A stretch of DNA of 64,000 bases, taken from contig JAEWSQ010000018.1 in the NCBI GenBank assembly GCA_023398165.1, positions 4,581 through 68,580 of the forward strand, in the 5' to 3' direction. The notes beneath the pieces were generated by a model that ran no database searches, was not told the origin of the DNA, and saw nothing but the letters and a program-made list of their open reading frames with translations. Positions 20,468-28,575 of this stretch are shown here, piece after piece (position 1 is the stretch's first letter; each line of letters starts with the position of its first letter). Made by a program: the position numbers and the translations under genes. This DNA comes from Spirochaetota bacterium. Its GTDB lineage: Bacteria; Spirochaetota; Spirochaetia; Treponematales; Treponemataceae.

Positions 20468-21230
20468 AGAAAACCTCTTTTGGATTTTTGTGTTCACTTT
20501 CATGATTATATGTGTCGTCTTTTATAAGTCCGTCAAAGATGTGAACACAGCGGGGAAGAGATCCTCCAATACCCGGATCATGGGTAACAATAATTATAGT
20601 TGTACCCCCTTCATTAATTTTACCGAAAAGATTTAAGACCTGTTTTCCGGTAACCGAATCGAGAGCTCCAGTGGGTTCATCGGCAAGAATTATGTGGGGC
20701 TTCGTTACCATGGCGCGGGCTATAGCGGTACGCTGCTTCTGCCCGCCTGAAAGTTCATGAGGCCGGTGATCGAGACGGTCGAGGAGCCCTACAAGAGAAA
20801 GTGTTTCTTTTGCAAGATCCTTGCGGTCCCGCATTGAAATACCCTGATAACGCAAAGGCAGCATGACATTTTCAAGAACCGTCATTGTAGACAAAAGGTG
20901 ATACTGCTGGAAAACAAAACCGACAGTTTCATTTCTAAGATGGGCAAGCTCCCTCTCGGTCATATCTGCAGTTTTTTTACCGTCAATTATTACGTCGCCG
21001 GAACTCGGTCTGTCGAGACAGCCGATCATATTCATGCACGTCGATTTTCCGGAACCCGAAGGCCCCATAATCGACAGAAACTCGCCTCTTTTAACCGAAA
21101 ATGAAATTCCCCTTAAAGCCTGCACCTCATTTTCTCCCATGGTATAAATACGGCTTACATCTTTCATTTCTATGACGGGGACAGTTTTCCCTTCCGGATG
21201 ATCATCCGGTGATTTTCTTTGCTCGCTCAT
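20460..21230 (-). CDS. ABC transporter ATP-binding protein (MacB/LolD type)
   Basis: Walker A GPSGSGKST, signature LSGGQKQR and Walker B ILADEPTGALD. The start is ATG at 21230 or 21236, preceded by AAGGGG. Confidence 0.93.
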   Translation of the reverse strand: MSEQRKSPDDHPEGKTVPVIEMKDVSRIYTMGENEVQALRGISFSVKRGEFLSIMGPSGSGKSTCMNMIGCLDRPSSGDVIIDGKKTADMTERELAHLRNETVGFVFQQYHLLSTMTVLENVMLPLRYQGISMRDRKDLAKETLSLVGLLDRLDHRPHELSGGQKQRTAIARAMVTKPHIILADEPTGALDSVTGKQVLNLFGKINEGGTTIIIVTHDPGIGGSLPRCVHIFDGLIKDDTYNHESEHKNPKEVFYV

Positions 21231-21240
21231 ATTCATCCCC

Positions 21241-22404
21241 TTACGGCATCATTACAGGAGGAATACCGCCTGCATTGCCGCCCATTCCATTTCGTCCGTT
21301 TTGAGAAGTTGTTGTCGTAGTTGTTTTTGTTGTTCCATTAGAAGCTGCTCCCCCCGGTCCGCCTTGAAAATTTCCGTCTGTTCCGGAAGGAACCGGAGCT
21401 GAACCGTTCAGGCGGAGTCTTCCGGATGCAGCAGAACCCTGATTTTTAACAACATCGCCAGAACTGAGCCCCGAAATAACGCTCACATAGGCTGTTCCGT
21501 AGGGTTTTACTTGAACATCAGTCTTTGTCACACTGCCGTCTTTTTGAATTATTTCCGCATACGGTTTTCCTGAAGTGTAGGCGATTGCCTGTCTCTCGAC
21601 GATGGTTACCGTTACAGGAGAGGTAACTTCAATCTCTCCGGTAAAAGAATACTGGGGAAGAATTTGAGAAGGAGGATTATCGATGCGGACTTCTGCATCA
21701 ATAACAGTAGCCCCGCGGCTTGTTATGCGTCCGACTGAAGGATAGGCGACGACATAGCCTGTTACAGTCTCATTTGAATATGCGGGAAAGGTGAAATTAA
21801 CCTTTTGGTTGACTTTTAGTTTTGCAGCATCGGTTTCGACAATTTCGACCGTTGCCTTCATATAAGAGCGGTCAATTAAAACACCGACGGTGTCCTTGGC
21901 ATCAAGGTAGTCTCCCTCCGCTACGGAAAGCTGGGCAATAATACCGTCGAAATAAGCGGTAACTTTTCTGTCTTCAAGTTTCTGTACAAGTACAGACCGC
22001 TGCTTTGCCATTAATTCAAGTTCTTTCGCCGAACCGTTAATGCGCTTTTGATCCATGTCGTAATCGTGTTTGGCAAGAGCATATTCCTGTTCGCTTGCAT
22101 CCATGACAAGAATGATCTGACCCTTTTTAACAAAGTCGCCCTTCTTAACATAGACGGCAGTTACCGTACCGGAACCGGCAGCCTGTAAATCCTGGGAGGA
22201 TGCGGCAGAAACGTTCCCCGTAATTTCTATTACATTTTTGTATGTTTCCTCTCGCACCGTATACTGAGAAACCTGTTCCGTTTTCGGCTCAGTATTCTTT
22301 TTTCTGAAATACAATATACCGGAAACAGTAAGAACCGCAATTACGGAAAGGACAATTGCGGTAATAAGTCCTTTCTTGGATTTTTTTATTTTCTTTACAG
22401 CCAT
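21241..22404 (-). CDS. Efflux periplasmic adaptor (HlyD/MacA family) with a Gly/Asn/Thr-rich C-terminal tail
   Basis: TM anchor, lipoyl-like, coiled-coil and beta-barrel segments. The probable start MAVKKIKK at 22404 has AGGAGA 6 nt upstream and lies 1 nt after the TolC stop. The track start is 22437. Confidence 0.85.
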   Translation of the reverse strand: MAVKKIKKSKKGLITAIVLSVIAVLTVSGILYFRKKNTEPKTEQVSQYTVREETYKNVIEITGNVSAASSQDLQAAGSGTVTAVYVKKGDFVKKGQIILVMDASEQEYALAKHDYDMDQKRINGSAKELELMAKQRSVLVQKLEDRKVTAYFDGIIAQLSVAEGDYLDAKDTVGVLIDRSYMKATVEIVETDAAKLKVNQKVNFTFPAYSNETVTGYVVAYPSVGRITSRGATVIDAEVRIDNPPSQILPQYSFTGEIEVTSPVTVTIVERQAIAYTSGKPYAEIIQKDGSVTKTDVQVKPYGTAYVSVISGLSSGDVVKNQGSAASGRLRLNGSAPVPSGTDGNFQGGPGGAASNGTTKTTTTTTSQNGRNGMGGNAGGIPPVMMP

Positions 22405-22405
22405 T

Positions 22406-23866
22406 TTATTTCTCCTGTGCTTCTGATTGAAGGACAAACAGCGATTTTACTTCAATATTGTATAAAAGCTTATCTATTTGTGTTATTTTAATTTGAGCAA
22501 GGGCATTTTCATAATTTGTTACTGATTCCTCGTAGTCGCTCGTGTTTATAAGACCTTTTTCATACCAGTTTTTCATGTCGTCTTTAAGATCTGCATACAT
22601 GGCAAGCTGCTCGGTATTTTTTTCCATCTGCCATATAAGATCCTCTCTCGATTTTTCTTTGTCGGTCAGTGTATTCTCATAAGAATCCAGTGCGCTTTCA
22701 ATTGAAAGAATTTCCTGCTGCACCGCTAAATCATCCTCCTCCGCAGAAAAGGATGCCAGTTTTTTCTCCGACGGAGACCAGCTCAGAGAAAGACTCATAG
22801 ACGGATTCTTCAGGTTTTCCACCGGAAGCTGAACTCCAGCGGAAATGTTTAGACCGTTATATTTGAGAGAAAGACCGGTACTCACAGAATTAGTAATCTG
22901 AGCCTCTTCCTTAACTTCCTTGTACGACAAGGCATACCCTGCATCGGCACTCAATGTTAAAGGAGATGCAGCATCTCTTGATAAAGAATTTACATAATGA
23001 GTCCATGTGCTGCTTTCCAATTCTTTAAAAAGTTCTTTATTAAAACTTTCCATCATTAAGAGCTCTTCATCCGGCAGATCAAAATCAAGGGACACCGTCT
23101 CCAAAGAACATTTAAGGGCAAAATTGACAAGCGCTTTATCAAAGGAACGCTCCTGAACTTCGGCATCGCGGAGCGCGCTTTGGTATGAAAGCTGGGCAGT
23201 CCTGTATCGTGCGGATGTTTTTTCAAAACCCTGAGCCTCAAGCGACGATACATCTTTTTGTTTACTTATAAGCGAATTCCGCTTTGAAATGAGTGTTAAC
23301 TTGGAATTATAAAGATTCTTTAAAGCCGACAAAAATTCTTTTTCAACAGCGAGTTTTCTGGCTTCCAGACGGCGCTTTGCTTCCTCGAGAGAACGGTCCG
23401 CTTTTATTAGAGTTACAGCCCTCTTGTCTTTTGCAGACGAAATAATATCAGTCTGCAGTGAAACGCCTGCTCCGTTTACCGAAAAGGAATTCCCTGCACT
23501 GCCGAAAGAAAACCCGAGAGGCGTTGATAATTTTACCTGTGAATTATTGAGGGCAGGAAGCGAAACAGAAGCAGAGGGAGATACTGATACTGAAGTATCC
23601 GTTTCTGATATTTTTGCATTCATGTTTCCCGATGAAAAACTTGCATTCGTTCCGTTCTGAATAAGCGTTTTTGCATAATTGAGTTCAGCCTGTTCATAAG
23701 AAACGGCAAGTTCCTTAAGCTGCCTGTCATTACTCATATAGGAATCAAGAAGCGTCTTGTAATCTGCAGACTCCAAAGATTTTTCACCGGACAGCATTTC
23801 ACCGGCAGCAGAAGTAACACATACTGCCGATAAAATTATAATTCCGATGAACCGTAAAACTTTCAT
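22406..23866 (-). CDS. TolC-family outer-membrane efflux protein
   Basis: Signal peptide followed by two repeats rich in coiled-coil heptads, as in the OEP family. It is the first gene of the adaptor/ATPase/permease set. Confidence 0.82.
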   Translation of the reverse strand: MKVLRFIGIIILSAVCVTSAAGEMLSGEKSLESADYKTLLDSYMSNDRQLKELAVSYEQAELNYAKTLIQNGTNASFSSGNMNAKISETDTSVSVSPSASVSLPALNNSQVKLSTPLGFSFGSAGNSFSVNGAGVSLQTDIISSAKDKRAVTLIKADRSLEEAKRRLEARKLAVEKEFLSALKNLYNSKLTLISKRNSLISKQKDVSSLEAQGFEKTSARYRTAQLSYQSALRDAEVQERSFDKALVNFALKCSLETVSLDFDLPDEELLMMESFNKELFKELESSTWTHYVNSLSRDAASPLTLSADAGYALSYKEVKEEAQITNSVSTGLSLKYNGLNISAGVQLPVENLKNPSMSLSLSWSPSEKKLASFSAEEDDLAVQQEILSIESALDSYENTLTDKEKSREDLIWQMEKNTEQLAMYADLKDDMKNWYEKGLINTSDYEESVTNYENALAQIKITQIDKLLYNIEVKSLFVLQSEAQEK

Positions 23867-23939
23867 GTTCACCCCCTTACTGACATCAGTATAACTAACA
23901 GTAGGGTTTTGTCCTTGAAATAGTCTTAAAACTTATACT

Positions 23940-25118
23940 TTATTTTACAAGCGACGTAAAAAGAGCCGGAACCGCAATAAAATTCCCTATGACGCCGCCT
24001 ATTGATGACAGGAAAAATACTAAAAGAACTCTTAGAATGCGGTTTTTATATATACCCTTAAGCGAACTGATATCAGTTTGAATGTTTTCCATGTCTTCGA
24101 CTTTCGGTTTTTTTACAGCAGCCTGTACTAGACCCGTAAAAAGACCGACTCCGAGCAGCGGATTGAGCGTTGCAACCGGAGCGCCTACAAAGCCTGTTAA
24201 AATTGCCAGCGGATGACCGAGGGCTATCAAAGCACCGAGCGCTGCAAGTGAACCGTTCCATAAAAGCCACCGCAGCAGCATATTAAGAGAGGAAACAGCA
24301 CCTCCCGTGAAAAAACCTGCAGCTATGAGGGCGACTATTACTGCGGGGAAGATCCATCCTGCAATTTTACTGCCTGCTCCGGGAGGCGGTACTTGAGAAA
24401 TTTCAGAAGTATCAGTTGAGGCCTGGCCTCCTGCTAAAAGGGCCATGTGTTTTTCCACACCGGGAAGATGGCCGGCACCGAGAACAGCTATTATTTTTTT
24501 TCCTTGTGCATCCCATATATGACTTGCAAGGTATTGATCCCGTTCATCGATGAGAACTTTTTTCACAGCCGGCAGATAATTTGACAGCTCGCTCATCATT
24601 GAGTCCATCTCGTTTGAATTTTTCAGGTTTTCAATTTCTTCTTTTGAAACGCTTTCTGTTTCAAAGGCGCTGGAAACAAGAGCTGCAAGAAGTTTGCATT
24701 TACCCCAAAAGCTGTTCAAAGCCCAGGCGCGGCGGAGTGTTGTCTGAATAGGCCTGTCAACCATAACGCTGCGGATGCCCCTTTCCTCTGCGGCCTTTAT
24801 TGCAGCCTTCATCTCTTCACCGGGTTTTACTCCCACATCAGCACCCATACGTTTTTGAAACGAGGAAAGAATGAGGTTTGCAAAAAGCATAAAACCTTTT
24901 TTTTCTTTAAGAACTTTAACGATATCAAGATTTCTCCATGATTCAGGATTATTCATGGATGCAAGCCGCTCATTATCGAGTTCGATTGCCACACAGTCAG
25001 GTTTTTCGGTTTCTATTGCTGCAGTTACCTGATCTATACTTTCCTGTGAAACATGCGCTGTTCCTATTAAAATAAATTCACGATCCCCGTGAACTATGCG
25101 TTTTTCTGTCTGAGCCAC
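23940..25118 (-). CDS. TraB/GumN-family protein with a C-terminal membrane domain
   Basis: N-terminal FILIGTAHVSQESI motif and VLGAGHL motif of the TraB family. The C-terminal third is hydrophobic. GTG start with AGGAG 7 nt upstream. Confidence 0.78.
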   Translation of the reverse strand: MAQTEKRIVHGDREFILIGTAHVSQESIDQVTAAIETEKPDCVAIELDNERLASMNNPESWRNLDIVKVLKEKKGFMLFANLILSSFQKRMGADVGVKPGEEMKAAIKAAEERGIRSVMVDRPIQTTLRRAWALNSFWGKCKLLAALVSSAFETESVSKEEIENLKNSNEMDSMMSELSNYLPAVKKVLIDERDQYLASHIWDAQGKKIIAVLGAGHLPGVEKHMALLAGGQASTDTSEISQVPPPGAGSKIAGWIFPAVIVALIAAGFFTGGAVSSLNMLLRWLLWNGSLAALGALIALGHPLAILTGFVGAPVATLNPLLGVGLFTGLVQAAVKKPKVEDMENIQTDISSLKGIYKNRILRVLLVFFLSSIGGVIGNFIAVPALFTSLVK

Positions 25119-25141
25119 GAAATACTCCTGTCAAGCGTTGC

Positions 25142-26587
25142 TTATTCTTCTATTTGTAAAGCCCATTCATTAAGTTTATACTCAAAGAACATAGGACTTG
25201 GTAAACTCCTGACTTCAATATACTGTTTTTTTGCAGAAACGTCATCACCGTAGAGGTCGTAATACAGTCCCATATAGAATGTTAATTTTCCCTTAAGGGT
25301 GGAATTCGTTACCGATGTAATTTTTTTCTCTACAACCTGAGGATTTATGCCGTCATAGTACAGCCTGATCATAGCATATTCAGCCGATTCCCTGTCCATA
25401 TTTTTCATAACCAGCGTTAAGAAATCTTTATTGTCTTTTTTGTTTCCTTCCTTAATGTAAGAAGCGGAAATCATTAAGGGGTACGAAACATTGGAAGGGT
25501 TCAATTTGTAAGCACTCGTGAAAGCCGAACGGCAGTTTGCCCAGTCGCCCTTGTGCCAATAGATTATGCCGAGCGATTCATATGAATACGGATACTCAGG
25601 TTTCACCTCAACAATTTTTAAGTAATCGGCCAGCGCCTTATCGTATTCATTCTGTTCATCATAGAGGGCAGCACGGTATATATAGGCGAGGAAGTGAGAA
25701 CTGTTCAGTTCAACAGCCCTTGTCCAGGCTTTTTCGGCATCCGCATACTTCCCCTGATACCTCAGATAGTTTCCGTAATCCACCCAGAAGTCATAATAAT
25801 CCTGTTCAAGTTCAATCGCTTTTTCAATATATTCTGTAGCTTTTTTATAGTTTTCGTCTTCGGCGGCAAGTTTGCCTAAATATGCCCAGCTAAGACTGTT
25901 GTCAGGATACAGTTCAGTAACCTTTGTAAAAGCCTTCTTGGAAAGGTCGAGGTCATCTGTATAATATGAAGACTGCCCCAGACCGAACAGGGCATCGGGG
26001 TTTTCAGGATCGGACTCCAAGCCTTTCTGATAATACTTCTTTGCAAGGGCATAATTTCTTCTGAGCATCTGATCATGAGCCATTTCCACATGCGCATCCG
26101 AATTTGCAGGATCCTTTTCAATTATCTTCTTTAAAAGTTCATTTTTTTTGGTAGTATCTCCCTGAGCCTTGGCGATCATCGAATCAAGAAGAAGAACATC
26201 AACATTATCAGGCTGGGATGTCTCAAGTTTGTTTGTAAGATTTTTTGCCTCCTCATACTGTCCGGAAGAAAATAAGAGAGAGGCATGAAGGTAATTCAGG
26301 GAAAAATCCTCTTTGTAATCGGCAGGTACCGAGTTAAATAGAAGAAGCGCATCGTCAATACCGTCTTTCTGGAGGATTGCATATAAATCCTGAGCAAACG
26401 CCTTCGGAGTAAAAACAATCTCCTGAGGAGGAACAGGCGTTTCCTCTGTAATAACAGAGGATTCAGTTTCCGGTACAACTGATACCTGATCAATGGAAGC
26501 AGTATCCGGCTTAGATGTACAGGAATAGAAAAATAATCCGGTAAACAAAAGCACCGGAAGACAGCAGCTAAAAAAAACTTTTCTCAT
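25142..26587 (-). CDS. TPR-repeat lipoprotein
   Basis: Signal peptide with a lipobox-like FFYSC, then multiple 34-residue TPR-like units (for example YYDFWVDYGNYLRYQGKYADAEKAWTRAVELN). Confidence 0.8.
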   Translation of the reverse strand: MRKVFFSCCLPVLLFTGLFFYSCTSKPDTASIDQVSVVPETESSVITEETPVPPQEIVFTPKAFAQDLYAILQKDGIDDALLLFNSVPADYKEDFSLNYLHASLLFSSGQYEEAKNLTNKLETSQPDNVDVLLLDSMIAKAQGDTTKKNELLKKIIEKDPANSDAHVEMAHDQMLRRNYALAKKYYQKGLESDPENPDALFGLGQSSYYTDDLDLSKKAFTKVTELYPDNSLSWAYLGKLAAEDENYKKATEYIEKAIELEQDYYDFWVDYGNYLRYQGKYADAEKAWTRAVELNSSHFLAYIYRAALYDEQNEYDKALADYLKIVEVKPEYPYSYESLGIIYWHKGDWANCRSAFTSAYKLNPSNVSYPLMISASYIKEGNKKDNKDFLTLVMKNMDRESAEYAMIRLYYDGINPQVVEKKITSVTNSTLKGKLTFYMGLYYDLYGDDVSAKKQYIEVRSLPSPMFFEYKLNEWALQIEE

Positions 26588-26661
26588 GGCATCCTCAAAA
26601 AAATATATTGTATTTCAGCGTAATTCACAATTCTAAAAACCGGTTATACCGGCCTGGATAG

Positions 26662-26690
26662 TTGATTTTGTCTCGATCATTAGCTACACT
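26662..26690 (+). promoter_or_regulatory. Sigma70-like promoter; the -10 element ends 10 nt before the ATG at 26701
   Basis: TTGATT (26662-26667), 17 nt spacer, TACACT (26685-26690). The TTG used as the ORF-track start is the first base triplet of this -35 element. No SD before the ATG at 26701. Confidence 0.4.
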
Positions 26691-26700
26691 GAAAAATACT

Positions 26701-28575
26701 ATGGCAAAAAAGACAATACACAAAGTATTCGGACACATTATCCTCTATCTTATTATTATTCTCGGCATTTTTGCTCTTCAATTTAGGAATCAGTCTATAA
26801 TATCCAGGAATTTCGGTCAATTACGCCTCACCCTTTCAGAAATAAAGGGTGAGAACGGACAAAAAAAGTTTAAAGACAGTTTTTATATTTCGTACAAGGG
26901 TATTTCCCTTTTTGCAAACACAGAAACACCTATCGTTGTCACCGATAAAAAGAAAAAAGAAAAGACTCTTGTTTTTACCGGCTGGAAGGAATTATCAGAC
27001 AGCGCCTTCGAACTGTACTTTAATAACTCTTTGGTTCTCCTCTGCGGATTAACAGGAGCAAACAAGGAAACGTTCACCGTATCCGCAGCGTATGATGACA
27101 CATTTGCATCAGCCGCTATTCCTTTTAAGTTTTCCGATTCATATTCTGTTATGGAAACAACAGCAAAGCGCGCTGTGCTGAGCGGTAAAACCCAGCAGAC
27201 ATCACTTTCCGCACCTCTTATAGAAGGCAGCCGTCTGATAATAACACCGATTGAAAATTCTATAACGTATGCAAACTATGAACCTTCCAGGGAATTCCTG
27301 TTTGAAAAGGCTGCCGGTTATGATCTGGCTCAAAAATCCGTGTATGACGCATCGGTTCAAAACCTTAAAAATGCTTTAGTATCCCAGTTTTCTTCCGCGT
27401 CCGACACCTTGAATGAACAGATAGTCGTATCGTATATCACAGAAATGGCTTCCAGAAATAAGTATACAGAGGCGGTCTCCTCAATACCCGATTCGTTTAC
27501 CAACGGTACGAGAAGAACGTACCTATCGGCTCCGTATCTTAATAATCTTGCAGTAATGAATAAAAGCCTCAAGATGCAGCAGGATAATCTTATATATAAG
27601 CTTAACTATGCACTCGAAAAAAACAGTCTGGACATTTTCAAAGCAGATTCTCTTTACAATTTTTTGATGACGCAGAACCAGGATACCGTGAGAAAATTAC
27701 TGGCTCTTCCCGGAAAACTTGAAAAATTTGAACCTTCGGTTTCCGAGGCGGCAGGACTTGTTGCCACATATACAGGATTAACCGCTAAAAACGCGCCGTA
27801 TGCTTCAGATTTGAAACCGTACATGAATACCTGTATCGATGTTATACGTAAAGCCTGTGTCATTGAAAGCGATGCTCTGTTTATCATGGAAAAAGATGAA
27901 AAGCTGTCCTTACCGGCTTCCGTACATACTGCCATGGCTCTTATTTCATACGGCAGTCAGATTTCGGATCAGGATATTATTTCAACGGGAATGATGCTGT
28001 GCAGCTCACAGCTTTTAAACATAGAACTTCTTGATCTCCGTCTGATAGCAGAGCTGTATGCGGCAGTTGAAGCCGGCAGCACCTATTATCCGCATATAGA
28101 AGTAATAGGACTTAATAACGATAAACCGGTCTGGATCTGGACCGCAGCAAAATCGGTAAGCATGAGTACCGCAGCGGACGGAACCATAACACTCCAGACA
28201 TCGTTCCCTGCAGGATATACCCATTACATGATACTGAACAATGTTGAACCTTTCACCGCAATAGAAATTTACGACATGATGTTCAGGACAGATCCCCGGT
28301 TTGAAAGCTATAATTCGTCAGGCTATGTGTATGAGGCGGAAACAAAAACTCTGTTCTTAAAATTCAGACATAAGACCTATACCGAGAAAGTCAGGCTCTT
28401 TTATTCCAAACAGGAAGCTGAACCTGACATTCCGGCACCTGATACCACCGGACAGCCGCAGCCGGGCTCTAATGCAGGCGGAATACAGGATAATCAAAAC
28501 ACGCAAAGTACTGCACCCGGTGCCGCGAATCAGGATGTTCAGGGCATTCAAAGCCAATATTCTTCAGGTCTATGA
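26701..28575 (+). CDS. Membrane-anchored protein of unknown function with a Gln/Pro/Asn-rich C-terminal tail
   Basis: MAKKTIHKVFGHIILYLIIILGIFALQF forms an N-terminal anchor, followed by a large extracytoplasmic region. I recognise no family motif. Confidence 0.7.
   Translation: MAKKTIHKVFGHIILYLIIILGIFALQFRNQSIISRNFGQLRLTLSEIKGENGQKKFKDSFYISYKGISLFANTETPIVVTDKKKKEKTLVFTGWKELSDSAFELYFNNSLVLLCGLTGANKETFTVSAAYDDTFASAAIPFKFSDSYSVMETTAKRAVLSGKTQQTSLSAPLIEGSRLIITPIENSITYANYEPSREFLFEKAAGYDLAQKSVYDASVQNLKNALVSQFSSASDTLNEQIVVSYITEMASRNKYTEAVSSIPDSFTNGTRRTYLSAPYLNNLAVMNKSLKMQQDNLIYKLNYALEKNSLDIFKADSLYNFLMTQNQDTVRKLLALPGKLEKFEPSVSEAAGLVATYTGLTAKNAPYASDLKPYMNTCIDVIRKACVIESDALFIMEKDEKLSLPASVHTAMALISYGSQISDQDIISTGMMLCSSQLLNIELLDLRLIAELYAAVEAGSTYYPHIEVIGLNNDKPVWIWTAAKSVSMSTAADGTITLQTSFPAGYTHYMILNNVEPFTAIEIYDMMFRTDPRFESYNSSGYVYEAETKTLFLKFRHKTYTEKVRLFYSKQEAEPDIPAPDTTGQPQPGSNAGGIQDNQNTQSTAPGAANQDVQGIQSQYSSGL

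Noticed and set aside
28570-28575. Convergent gene pairs with overlapping or abutting stop codons and no terminator between them (28570-28575; 60203-60208; 19265-19273).
   Set aside because: I took this to be ordinary tight gene packing. It shows that terminators must lie inside the opposing genes or be rho-dependent, but it does not by itself indicate a special mechanism.
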